The notes under the pieces are model-generated. The model was given only the letters and a program-made list of their open reading frames with translations. It did no database searches and was not told the DNA's origin. A program made the translations under genes and the position numbers. Positions 38,936 to 48,565 of a DNA stretch of 64,000 nt are shown here, in pieces (the stretch's first letter is position 1; each line of letters starts with the position of its first letter). The stretch is from the NCBI GenBank assembly GCA_050253075.1, contig JBFWJS010000007.1, positions 32,001-96,000 on the forward strand. Direction: 5' to 3'. Origin of the DNA: Deferribacterales bacterium. GTDB lineage: Bacteria; Chrysiogenota; Deferribacteres; Deferribacterales; Geovibrionaceae.

Positions 38936-39583
38936 ATGGTTATAAAAGACCCCGTAAGCGGATTTTCACATTTAGCAGGTGCGCTGCTCTCTGTAGCGGC
39001 TCTTGTCACTCTGCTCATAATGTCTACATATCATGCCACAGTGTGGCATATCGTTTCTTTCAGTATCTATGGCGGCAGTATGATACTGCTCTATCTCGCC
39101 AGTGCAGCTTATCATATTTTTCCTCTGAAGGAGAAGGGCACACGCCTTTTGAAAAAGCTGGATCATATGATGATATTTCTCATGATAGCTGGTACTTATA
39201 CGCCTTTCTGTCTGGTGCCTCTAAGGGGGGGATGGGGATGGAGCATATTCGGCGTTGTCTGGAGCATTGCTGTTCTCGGTGTTTTCTTTAAGCTGTTTTT
39301 CATATATGCGCCGAGATGGCTCTCAACAGTGCTTTACATCATCATGGGCTGGATAAGCGTCATTGCTATTTATCCGATAGTGGTGAATATACCTGCTGGC
39401 GGTGTTATATGGCTGGCTGCGGGCGGTGTATCATACACAGTGGGTGCCGTGGTATACGCTACTAAGAAGCCTGACCCCTGGCCGGGAGTTTTTGGTTTTC
39501 ATGAGATATGGCACTTCTTTGTCCTGGCGGGCAGTTTCTGTCACTTTATGGTGATGCTGAGGTACCTCGTCTGGATAGACTAG
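38936..39583 (+). CDS. Hemolysin III/PAQR family membrane protein
   Basis: SAAYH, LDHMMIFLMIAGTYTP and HEIWHFFVLAGSFCH motifs. Confidence 0.92.
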   Translation: MVIKDPVSGFSHLAGALLSVAALVTLLIMSTYHATVWHIVSFSIYGGSMILLYLASAAYHIFPLKEKGTRLLKKLDHMMIFLMIAGTYTPFCLVPLRGGWGWSIFGVVWSIAVLGVFFKLFFIYAPRWLSTVLYIIMGWISVIAIYPIVVNIPAGGVIWLAAGGVSYTVGAVVYATKKPDPWPGVFGFHEIWHFFVLAGSFCHFMVMLRYLVWID

Positions 39584-39870
39584 AGTGACGGCACCAGCAC
39601 GGCCTTGCTTTTCATAGAGTCAAGCCTGAGCTGGACTATCGCTTTATATTCTGCACTTTGAAAGCACTTATCAACCGCATCACTGTCGGGGAATTCTATG
39701 ATGACCATCCTGTTTGGTCTCCATGCGTCGCTGAATGCCGTAATGCTGTCTGATGAAGCGAGGTATTTTGCGCCGTAAGATTCCAGTATAGGTTTTGCTT
39801 TGGTGACATATTCCTTAGCTTTCACCTCGTCTGTTACCTCTATGCTTTCTATTACCATATAAACAGGCAT
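39580..39870 (-). CDS. DUF1330 domain protein
   Basis: YGAKYL..RMVIIEFPD..SAEYK motif. Confidence 0.85.
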   Translation of the reverse strand: MPVYMVIESIEVTDEVKAKEYVTKAKPILESYGAKYLASSDSITAFSDAWRPNRMVIIEFPDSDAVDKCFQSAEYKAIVQLRLDSMKSKAVLVPSL

Positions 39871-40005
39871 CGCTGACTCCTTTTTCTTTATACCTCTTTG
39901 TTTTAAGCCGTTATGCGGGATTGTGATTTAATGTTAATTTTACCATTATAAATGAGCAAAAGATTTTAAAATAGTATATTATTACTATTATTATTTTGGT
40001 GATTT

Positions 40006-41112
40006 ATGAAGAAATATATTTTAATGCTTATCTTAAGTCTGATAGTTCTTTTGGGGTGTGAGAGCAGGAGGGAGATTCCTACCGTAAGGCTTGGGCATGC
40101 TCCGCATGATCATCATGCGCCGCTTTATATCGCCGCTGTTAAGGAAGAATATTTCCGTGAGACAGGCAAGCCGTACCTGAAAAAGGTCAGTTATAAAAAC
40201 AGCTATAAGCTGATGATCGATGAAAAGGTGCTGGCAAATGTCGAGATAGACTCAGGCACGGGGGGCATTCAGCTCATCCGTAAACTGGACGAGAAGATAC
40301 TCGATGTTTCCTTTGGCGGTGTGCCTGCCATGATCAGCATGATAGATAAAGGGAGCAAGATAAAGATCATCGCTCCTGTTATGAGTGAGGGTGCTTCACT
40401 CGTGGTTGCAAAGGATATGCCCGTATCCGACTGGGCAGGCTTTGTAAAATATGTGAAAGAACAGAAAGAGCCTGTGAAAATAGGCTATAAAGTAGATGTC
40501 TCAGTTCAGAACCTCATCTTTGAAACAGCATTATCAGCCGAGAAGCTGTCATTCAGTAAAAATATAGCCAGTGAGGATGTGGATGTTATCGTTATAAACC
40601 TCCACGGTCCGAACAATCTGCTCCCTTCGCTCACTGCGGGTGTCATAGACGGCTATGTGGTCATGCAGCCTTACCCTGCCATCGCAGAGGAGACAGGCGA
40701 GGCAAAGGTGATATCCCAGCTTAGCAATCTGCCCCCTGACGGGCAGTGGAAGGGACACCCATGCTGTGCCCTTGCCGCAGGTACAGAGTTTATCGAAGAC
40801 CATGGTGATATCGTGCAGGCCTTTGTTGACCTTTTCGAAAGAGCAGGCAAATTTATCATCAGTAATCCGGACGAAAGCGCAAAGATCACAGCCGAATGGC
40901 TGCTCACATCCGAATCGGTTGAGAGAAGGTCTCTGCCTACTATAAAATTCCTCAGCCATTACACAGACGAGTGGAACAGGGGCGTAGACCTCTGGGTGAA
41001 GTCGCTCAATGCGAGAGGCGGCCTCACGGGTGAAGTTAAAAAAGGTGTCGAAACCAGTACTGTCGGAGACGTGCTCTACGACAACAGGTTTTATAATAAA
41101 CTGGAAGAGTGA
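40006..41112 (+). CDS. ABC-type substrate-binding lipoprotein (NrtA/SsuA-like)
   Basis: Lipobox LLGC; HHAPLYIA, QPYPA and HPCC motifs. Confidence 0.8.
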   Translation: MKKYILMLILSLIVLLGCESRREIPTVRLGHAPHDHHAPLYIAAVKEEYFRETGKPYLKKVSYKNSYKLMIDEKVLANVEIDSGTGGIQLIRKLDEKILDVSFGGVPAMISMIDKGSKIKIIAPVMSEGASLVVAKDMPVSDWAGFVKYVKEQKEPVKIGYKVDVSVQNLIFETALSAEKLSFSKNIASEDVDVIVINLHGPNNLLPSLTAGVIDGYVVMQPYPAIAEETGEAKVISQLSNLPPDGQWKGHPCCALAAGTEFIEDHGDIVQAFVDLFERAGKFIISNPDESAKITAEWLLTSESVERRSLPTIKFLSHYTDEWNRGVDLWVKSLNARGGLTGEVKKGVETSTVGDVLYDNRFYNKLEE

Positions 41113-41119
41113 GACGTAA

Positions 41120-43297
41120 ATGTCGATAAGCAAGAAAGTATTATGGATATTCACTTCTGTTTTGGTGCTCATCCTTGCGCTTTGCGTGATGGTATTTACC
41201 TACCAGCATAAAAACCGCAGGATGCATGACGTCCTCCATAGCCTTATTGCTTTTAACGACAGCGTACACACCCTCAGGCACAACCAGATAATCGTTTCAA
41301 ACGAAGATTCCCCTGCCAGCATTTATCAGCTGCAGCTGAGTGTGACCTCCATGAAAGAGGACAGCACAAACCTTATAAATTCCCTTGATAACACTACTAA
41401 AGAAGAGCTGGATGTTCATACGCTGAGCTCTGATATCAGTAATTATTACACCGCAATAGAAGAGTATGTGAAGCAGAGCCGAGAACAGTCCATGCTGACA
41501 GAGGAGCTGGAGCTTTACAGTGAACGGCTTCATGTCTTAATGCTTAAAGTGGCTGATGATAAAGGACAGATGTATCACGCTTATGAAAAGATGATAGTCT
41601 CCTTCCTGAAGTCATTCAGCCCGGACAAGCTGAGCATGATACGAAGCGAGATAAACAACATTCTCGTATCCGTGAACGACCCCGTGGTGAGGAATTTATC
41701 GGGTCAGATAATCCTCACATCCGAAAAGCTGTATGTGAACAACCTTAATCTGAAAGAGAGGGACGAGTTCCTCTCGAAAACATCAGAGAACTTCCTCTCT
41801 ATGACATCCAGCCTCAGCAGGAGGCTTCAGGAGAGGGACGACAAGATAACACGCATGCTGAGCTATACCGCATCTGTCATCATACTGCTCAGCTTCACCA
41901 TCGCCTTGCTCTACTGGGCGGTGATAAACAAGTATGTCCAGCGATTCCTTAAAAATCAGTCCGAAGTGATGAACGCCATCAAAAACAGGACAGAGATCGA
42001 AGAGATCGACGAGAGCAATTTCAGCCCTGACGAGCTGGGAGAACTGACGAAAAACATGTGGGACGTAGCCACAGAGCTGAGGGAAAAAGATAAAGAGCTT
42101 ATCCGCAGCGAGCTGAAATACCGCACATACATCGACACCACGCCTGTGGCAGTGTTTGCCGCCGACGAGGATAATAACATCATCGAAGTGAACAACGGTA
42201 TCATGAATATGCTCGGCTACACCAAAGACGAATTCATCAAGATGACCTTATACGATATCTGGGCTGATGAGAAAGAAGTCAGTGACGCCAGCCTCGAAAC
42301 CCTTAAGAGAGACGGCAAGCTGAACTTTGTGAAAAAGCTGAGAAAGAAGAATGGCGATTTCGTCTATATCAGCATGAATGCCATAAGGCTCACAGACGGG
42401 AACTTTGTCGGATTCGGCATTGATATCAGTGAACGCATCAGGCTGGAAAAAGAGCTGAAAAAGATAAATGAAAACCTGCTGGAAAAGGTGAAAGAGGAAG
42501 TTGATAAAAACCTTAAGCAGGATCAGATAATACAGCAGCAGAAGAAGCTGGTCGACATGGGTATGATGGTGAGCGCAATAGCCCACCAGTGGCGTCAGCC
42601 TCTGAATGCCCTTGCTCTGTGTGTGCAGGATGTCAAAGACGAATTCGAATTCGGCGACCTGAACGACGAATACCTCACCAAGTATGAAGAGAATACAATG
42701 AACCTGATAGCTCATATGTCGAAGACCATTGACGATTTCAGAGATTTCTTCATGCCTGATAAGACACAGACGGACTTCAATGTTATCCATGAGGTGACAG
42801 ACCTTGTGCGCCTGCTGAGCGTACAGATATCTTCAAACGGCATAGACATGACATTTCAGTGCCTGTGCGACAACGGCAGGAGACAGTGCAACGGCTACAG
42901 CGAAAACTGTAACTGTGTAAATGAATATAACCTTGTAAAAGGATACCCCGGTGAGTTCAAGCAGGTGGTGATAAACCTTATATACAACAGTGTCGACTCT
43001 ATCGTTGAGATGATGGAGGAAGGGAAGCTGGACAGAGGGCATATAAACGTCATCGTATCCTGTGAGAAAAACTCTGTGAATGTAACTGTCAGCGACAACG
43101 GCACGGGTATCAGCGACGAGGTGCGCAGTCATATATTCGAGCCTTACTTCACCACAAAGAGAGAAGGGAAGGGGACAGGCATAGGTCTGTATATGTCGAA
43201 AGCTATAATAGAAAGCCACATGGGCGGTAAGATATATGCGGCAGAGCCTGAAGAGGGGGCTTGCTTCGTTATAGAGCTTCCCCCGCAGGTTTCTTAG
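41120..43297 (+). CDS. PAS-domain sensor histidine kinase
   Basis: Two TMs, DELGEL HAMP-like segment, PAS domain, IAHQWRQPL H-box, DNGTG and GTGIGL. Confidence 0.93.
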   Translation: MSISKKVLWIFTSVLVLILALCVMVFTYQHKNRRMHDVLHSLIAFNDSVHTLRHNQIIVSNEDSPASIYQLQLSVTSMKEDSTNLINSLDNTTKEELDVHTLSSDISNYYTAIEEYVKQSREQSMLTEELELYSERLHVLMLKVADDKGQMYHAYEKMIVSFLKSFSPDKLSMIRSEINNILVSVNDPVVRNLSGQIILTSEKLYVNNLNLKERDEFLSKTSENFLSMTSSLSRRLQERDDKITRMLSYTASVIILLSFTIALLYWAVINKYVQRFLKNQSEVMNAIKNRTEIEEIDESNFSPDELGELTKNMWDVATELREKDKELIRSELKYRTYIDTTPVAVFAADEDNNIIEVNNGIMNMLGYTKDEFIKMTLYDIWADEKEVSDASLETLKRDGKLNFVKKLRKKNGDFVYISMNAIRLTDGNFVGFGIDISERIRLEKELKKINENLLEKVKEEVDKNLKQDQIIQQQKKLVDMGMMVSAIAHQWRQPLNALALCVQDVKDEFEFGDLNDEYLTKYEENTMNLIAHMSKTIDDFRDFFMPDKTQTDFNVIHEVTDLVRLLSVQISSNGIDMTFQCLCDNGRRQCNGYSENCNCVNEYNLVKGYPGEFKQVVINLIYNSVDSIVEMMEEGKLDRGHINVIVSCEKNSVNVTVSDNGTGISDEVRSHIFEPYFTTKREGKGTGIGLYMSKAIIESHMGGKIYAAEPEEGACFVIELPPQVS

Positions 43298-44409
43298 AAT
43301 ATTACTTTATCAAGAGGCGTGTATTCCAGTCCGAATGCTTCGGCTACGCCCTTGTATGTCACTTTTCCTGAAACGATATTAACGCCTTTTGCTATCTCGG
43401 CATTTTCTTTAACGGCGTTCAGCCATCCTTTGTTTGCTATTTCCAGAGCGTATGGGAGTGTTGCGTTTGTCAGTGCCATTGTGGATGTTTTCGCCACTGC
43501 TCCGGGCATATTGGCTACACAGTAGTGCACCACACCGTCCACTTCAAATGTGGGCTCTGAGTGTGTCGTCGGGTGCGATGTTTCAAAGCATCCCCCCTGA
43601 TCGATAGCAACGTCTACGAGCACTGCGCCTTTCTGCATGAGCGACAGCATATCTCTGGTGATCAGCTTCGGAGCTTTTGCCCCCGGTACGAGTACTGCGC
43701 CTATCACAACGTTTGCTTCAGCGATGAGCTTCCGCAGTGTTGCGGGGCTGGACATCATAGGGATGCAGTTCTTAGGCATAACGTCCGAGAGGTATCTAAG
43801 CCTGTCCAGATTCATATCCAGCAGATAGACCTTTGCTCCCAGTCCGCACGCCATCTTTGCAGCGTTTGTGCCGACGACGCCTCCGCCGATCACAACGACT
43901 GTCCCCGGTTCTACTCCCGGCACGCCGCCTAGGAGAACTCCGTGCCCTCCAAATGCCATCTCAAGGTACTTTGCGCCCTCCTGAACAGACATTCTGCCTG
44001 CTACCTCGCTCATAGGTGTTAGCAGGGGGAGGGAGCCGTCGCATTTTTGTATCGTCTCATATGCGATATTCACTGAGCCGCTTTTGATAAGAGCGTTTGT
44101 GAGCTCCTCTGCTGCTGCGAGGTGCAGATATGTGAAAACTATCTGACCCTCACGGATAAGCGGATACTCAGAGGGCTGTGGTTCCTTCACATGCATGACC
44201 ATGTCGCACTTGGCGAAGATATCCGCCGCTGTGGGCAGTATCTTTGCGCCCGAGCTGATATACATGTCGTTTGTGAATCCGCTGTTAGAGCCGGCTGTTG
44301 ATTCTATGAAGACCTCGTGTCCTGCGCATGTCATAACTTCCACACCCGCAGGGGTCATACTGACCCTATTTTCGTCCTTCTTGATCTCTTTCAGTATGCC
44401 GACTTTCAT
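43294..44409 (-). CDS. ald: Alanine dehydrogenase
   Basis: KEIK..ENRV, VKEPQ, PMSEVAGR, DVAIDQGGC and HYCVANMPGAV motifs. Confidence 0.96.
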   Translation of the reverse strand: MKVGILKEIKKDENRVSMTPAGVEVMTCAGHEVFIESTAGSNSGFTNDMYISSGAKILPTAADIFAKCDMVMHVKEPQPSEYPLIREGQIVFTYLHLAAAEELTNALIKSGSVNIAYETIQKCDGSLPLLTPMSEVAGRMSVQEGAKYLEMAFGGHGVLLGGVPGVEPGTVVVIGGGVVGTNAAKMACGLGAKVYLLDMNLDRLRYLSDVMPKNCIPMMSSPATLRKLIAEANVVIGAVLVPGAKAPKLITRDMLSLMQKGAVLVDVAIDQGGCFETSHPTTHSEPTFEVDGVVHYCVANMPGAVAKTSTMALTNATLPYALEIANKGWLNAVKENAEIAKGVNIVSGKVTYKGVAEAFGLEYTPLDKVIF

Positions 44410-44418
44410 GACGGGCTC

Positions 44419-44835
44419 CTATTTGTATTTTTCGAAAGGTATGCCGTTTTTAGCCGCTTGAACCACACCGCCTTTTATATCTATAGCCTGAGAGTATCCA
44501 AGCTGGCGGAGGAGTCCTATCACGTTCGATGTTCTGTTTCCTGTACGGCATATGATGGCGAAAGGCTCATTCTTATTTACTTTTTTGTCCAGCTGAGAGA
44601 CGAAATTTTTAACGTTATAGTTCCCCTTAGAGTCAAAGAACTCAATGGTGCTGGAACCTTTCACGATGCCTGTCTGTTTCCATTCGTCTTCTGTGCGGAT
44701 GTCTATTATCTTTATCCCTGTTTTATAAAGAGCCATTGTCAGGGGCTGGTCTTTGCTGTTTGCGGACTGCATGAAAGCGTTTGCTGAAACAAATGTCATA
44801 AGAAGCATAATTAAAGTGAACAGTTTAAATCTCAT
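44419..44835 (-). CDS. Exported rhodanese-like protein
   Basis: ATG 44835 with GGAG RBS, signal peptide, IDIRTEDEW and ICRTGNRT. Confidence 0.85.
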   Translation of the reverse strand: MRFKLFTLIMLLMTFVSANAFMQSANSKDQPLTMALYKTGIKIIDIRTEDEWKQTGIVKGSSTIEFFDSKGNYNVKNFVSQLDKKVNKNEPFAIICRTGNRTSNVIGLLRQLGYSQAIDIKGGVVQAAKNGIPFEKYK

Positions 44836-44920
44836 TAAATTTCTCCATTTCTGTTGATTGGTTTTAGTTCTATGATATGTTTTATAATATAAATAAATAC
44901 GGATTTTTGCGAGGGTATTC

Positions 44921-46183
44921 TTGTCAGGGAAACTCAATTTTATAAGAAAGGACAACATCAAGATCCTGCTGATAGACAACACGCAGGAAAATATCGACGC
45001 TGTCACTCTGATACTTGCTGAAAAAGGATACGAGGTGACCACCGCAGAAAGCGGAGAGCGTGGGCTTGCGGTCGCTAAAAGGATCGTGCCCGATGTTATA
45101 CTCCTTGATGCCGTTATGCCCGACATCAGCGGATATGACATCTGCCGAAGGATAAAATCCGACCCAAAAGTGAAAGACATCCCCGTGATCTTCCTAACCG
45201 AGATAGACGGCAACGGCGACCTTCTGGAAGGTTTTGCCGCAGGTGCCGTGGACTATATCACCATCCCGTTTGTCAAAGACGAACTGCTCGCAAGGGTCAG
45301 GGTGCACACTGAGCTCGCCATCAAAAGCAGACAGGAAGCTATGCTTGCCGAAATGCTTGATAAATATGCACTTGAGATAATAATCGACACAGCCGGCAGT
45401 ATCAAATATGTCAGCACTGCCTTTCTGAGGCTGACAGGTTATGAGGCGGAAGAGCTCATCGACCGGAGCTTTGACTCCCTCAAACATCCGGATTCATTCA
45501 GGTCTATGCTGCCTGATATTCTGGATTCTGTAATGAATAAATTTACTTACTATAAAGAGATAGACCTGCGTACCAAAAGCGGTGAGAAATTCATCGTGAA
45601 CACATTCGCCGAGCCTCTGAAAACCAGAAGCGGCGAGGTTAAAGGGGCGCAGTGCTTCATGAGCGACGTCACCAGTAAGAAAGAGCTCGAGAGGCTCTCC
45701 ATCACAGACAAACTCACCGGTCTGAATAACAGGCTAAAGCTGGATCAGGTGCTCAGCTATGAGCTAAGCCAGTTTCAGAGGTACGGGACAAACTTTTCCG
45801 TGATACTGATGGATCTGGATGATTTTAAGCATGTGAACGACACGTACGGTCATATATCGGGCGACAAGGTTCTCGTGAAGCTGGCGGATATACTGCGTGC
45901 TAATGTGCGCGACAGCGATACATGCGGCAGATGGGGCGGTGAAGAGTTCCTCATCATAGTGCCAAAGGCGAACGAAGAAGAGGCTGCACACGTTGCCGAG
46001 AAACTCCGCAGGAATATCGAAGAAGAGAAGTTTTCGATAGAAAAGCCCGTTACTGCGAGTGTGGGCGTTGCTTGTATCGAGACAGATTCCAACATCACAA
46101 AGCTGCTCAGCAATGCGGATAAAGCACTGTATAAAGCGAAGAAATCGGGCAAGAATATTGTCGTAAAGGCATCCGAAAGCTAA
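44921..46183 (+). CDS. REC-PAS-GGDEF diguanylate cyclase
   Basis: LLDAVMP receiver, PAS domain, RDSD I-site and GGEEF. Confidence 0.93.
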   Translation: MSGKLNFIRKDNIKILLIDNTQENIDAVTLILAEKGYEVTTAESGERGLAVAKRIVPDVILLDAVMPDISGYDICRRIKSDPKVKDIPVIFLTEIDGNGDLLEGFAAGAVDYITIPFVKDELLARVRVHTELAIKSRQEAMLAEMLDKYALEIIIDTAGSIKYVSTAFLRLTGYEAEELIDRSFDSLKHPDSFRSMLPDILDSVMNKFTYYKEIDLRTKSGEKFIVNTFAEPLKTRSGEVKGAQCFMSDVTSKKELERLSITDKLTGLNNRLKLDQVLSYELSQFQRYGTNFSVILMDLDDFKHVNDTYGHISGDKVLVKLADILRANVRDSDTCGRWGGEEFLIIVPKANEEEAAHVAEKLRRNIEEEKFSIEKPVTASVGVACIETDSNITKLLSNADKALYKAKKSGKNIVVKASES

Positions 46184-46278
46184 TAGTTAAGGATGTATCA
46201 GTTTGTGATTTTCCTTTAAAAAACATAAAAAATGATTTATATTATGACTTGTTTAATCTTATTAAGAGGAGTTCAATT

Positions 46279-46779
46279 ATGGAAAGAAACGGCGTAGTAA
46301 CAATGAAAGGCAACCCAATGACACTTATCGGCCCAGAGCTTAAAGTAGGGGAGAAAGCTCCTGACTTTACAGTTGTAGACCAAACACTTAAGCCTGTGAA
46401 GCTCTCTGACTATGCGGGCAAGACAGTTGTCATCAGCGTTACACCATCTATAGACACACCTGTTTGTGACTTTCAGCTGAGAAAGATCAATGCTGACCTC
46501 GCAGGAAAGGCTGACACTGTTGTTATGAACATCAGCATGGACCTTCCTTTCGCTATCAAAAGATTCTGTGCTGTTGCAGAGATTGAGAACGCTCTCGCTC
46601 TCAGCGACCATAAATCAGCATCTTTCGGTGAGGCTTTCGGCGTGCTTATAAAAGAGCTCAGACTGCTCGCCAGAGCTATGTTTGTTGTTGATAAAGACGG
46701 CAAGCTCGCTTACGCTGAGATAGTTCCTGAGGCTACAGACGCCCCAGACTATGCTGCTGTTACAGCTTTCGTTGGTTAA
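46279..46779 (+). CDS. tpx: Thiol peroxidase
   Basis: PSIDTPVC, SMDLPFAIKRFC and LLARAMFV motifs. Confidence 0.94.
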   Translation: MERNGVVTMKGNPMTLIGPELKVGEKAPDFTVVDQTLKPVKLSDYAGKTVVISVTPSIDTPVCDFQLRKINADLAGKADTVVMNISMDLPFAIKRFCAVAEIENALALSDHKSASFGEAFGVLIKELRLLARAMFVVDKDGKLAYAEIVPEATDAPDYAAVTAFVG

Positions 46780-46802
46780 TTATCATACCTGACATATAAA
46801 TT

Positions 46803-46828
46803 AAAAAGGGGGCCAAAAGCCCCCTTTT
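46803..46828. terminator. Bidirectional terminator
   Basis: AAAAAGGGGGC-CAAAA-GCCCCCTTTT. Confidence 0.8.
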
Positions 46829-46844
46829 CAATTAGAAGTATCCT

Positions 46845-47861
46845 CTATGCCTTCGCTCCGGCATGTACCTGTGCAGTACTCTTGTTTTTATCTTTAAATA
46901 TCTTCGGAACCAGCTTGATATACCATGCGGCAGACTGTATCTGTATTACATACGCCATGGATATCAGCAGTGCTATCGTCGAGCCTTCCTTGCCGAAAGC
47001 TGTCATAGCGATGGCTAGCGCAATGGAAAGGTCTCTCATAACCACGCCGAATACCATAGCTATTGCGTCTTCTCTGTTGAAGAATGTCTTTCCTATTATC
47101 GAAAGCACGATGTAGGAGAGTATGTAAAAGACGGCGAGGGGGATCATGATGCTGATGAGGTCGCCCGGGTTTGCCAGTATGTTCTTCGCTTTCAGAGACA
47201 TAGCGACAAAGGCTATCATGGTGACACCGAGTGCGGAAAATGGCGCAAATCTCGGCTTATAGACATTCATCCATGCTTCCTGACCGTATTTCCTGCGTAT
47301 TGCTGTCTGTGTGGCTATGCCCGCAGCCAGAGGTACGAATACGAATATGCATATCTGCTTAAACATGTGGAGCATATCAACCTCTACGGTAGCCCCCATG
47401 AAGATTTTTGTATAAACAGGCGCAGCCATTGCACCGATGATAAGCCCGAAGACCAGCATCTTTGTGGCTGCTTCTTTATTCCCTTTGGCAAAGCCTGTCC
47501 AGGATATCGTCATCCCCGATGCCGGTAAAACACCGATGAGGAAGAGCCCCACAGCCCAGAGACCGTATTTAGCCTCTGCTCCTGTAAAGAAGACCTTACC
47601 CAGTGTGTAAACCACTGTAGGGATGAGGATAAAGTTTATAAGCTGGGTGGTGAGCTGAAGCCTGAGATCATGCCCTTTAAAGACAGAGCGCACATTCAGC
47701 GTTGCCATCATGGGGTAAACCATGAGGAATGTGATAGGTATTATAAGTTGTTTAAGCGGTTTAGCATCAAAGAGATATCCGCCGCCGACAAGACCCAATA
47801 CCATTGATATAGGTATAGCCCATACTAAGTTTTTCTGAAGTATTGTAAGTGCTTTAAACAT
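46845..47861 (-). CDS. ACR3/bile acid:Na+ symporter family transporter
   Basis: TFLMVYPMM, SGMTISWTGFAKGN and RDLSIALAIA motifs; about 10 TM. Confidence 0.85.
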   Translation of the reverse strand: MFKALTILQKNLVWAIPISMVLGLVGGGYLFDAKPLKQLIIPITFLMVYPMMATLNVRSVFKGHDLRLQLTTQLINFILIPTVVYTLGKVFFTGAEAKYGLWAVGLFLIGVLPASGMTISWTGFAKGNKEAATKMLVFGLIIGAMAAPVYTKIFMGATVEVDMLHMFKQICIFVFVPLAAGIATQTAIRRKYGQEAWMNVYKPRFAPFSALGVTMIAFVAMSLKAKNILANPGDLISIMIPLAVFYILSYIVLSIIGKTFFNREDAIAMVFGVVMRDLSIALAIAMTAFGKEGSTIALLISMAYVIQIQSAAWYIKLVPKIFKDKNKSTAQVHAGAKA

Positions 47862-47909
47862 ACTGTCACCTGTTGTTGTTTTAAACCAATGTTCAATAAC
47901 CGTGAGAGT

Positions 47910-47961
47910 ATATTAATATTCGCATATTCATATGTCAAGTATATAATGCGCATATGCTTAT
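47910..47961 (-). promoter_or_regulatory. Sigma70 promoter with two repeated operator-like boxes
   Basis: Minus-strand TTGACA(47938-47933)-N17-TAATAT(47915-47910); CGCATAT-centred boxes at 47915-47933 and 47943-47961. Confidence 0.6.
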
Positions 47962-47986
47962 AAGATTTTTGTTCGGTATATGAAAA

Positions 47987-48361
47987 TTACTTTTTAGAAA
48001 TAGTCTCTAAAGCCTGCTTCAGCTGGCGCATCTGCTCGAAGAAGGTGCACTCGCAGTCTGCTGTTTCAGAAAGGCAGTTCCACTTTTCTTTAAGCTCTTC
48101 AAATTTGTCCAGAGTTTCCTTTGTGGCGTCTTCACTGTGACGGATGATATGCAGGAAGAATTTAGTAGGAGTCATCCATGTCTGAGACCAGTTCCAGTCT
48201 CCGCTTTCTATGACATTGAGGAACTCTTTCATACGGCATTGATTAGCTCTGAAATCGCTGCATTCGTATGATTTACACGTTGCATGAAGAAGCATCTCGA
48301 GTGAGTTGTCGTGGATCTCAATATTGGAGTTGTCAGAAATATTGTAAAGTTCGTTACGCAT
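47987..48361 (-). CDS. Hypothetical protein
   Basis: 124-aa ORF from ATG 48361 filling the intergenic space; no recognisable motif. Confidence 0.55.
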   Translation of the reverse strand: MRNELYNISDNSNIEIHDNSLEMLLHATCKSYECSDFRANQCRMKEFLNVIESGDWNWSQTWMTPTKFFLHIIRHSEDATKETLDKFEELKEKWNCLSETADCECTFFEQMRQLKQALETISKK

Positions 48362-48565
48362 TGCACACCAAAAAAATAATAGTTTTCCCCACCCCAATAT
48401 ATCGATTATATAAATTTTTCAGAATAAGTCAAAAAATCATTTGCATAAAATTTTACTTAATAAATTTAATTAACCCACTTGCAATACATATTAATGGGTA
48501 TTATATTGTCACATCATAAACACGTAATAAACACAATGTAGACACAATATTATTAGGAGTATCAA

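Noticed and set aside
44836..45213. N-terminal extension of the 264-aa ORF 44419..45213
   Set aside because: It overlaps the diguanylate cyclase on the opposite strand. The real start is ATG 44835, with an RBS and signal peptide.
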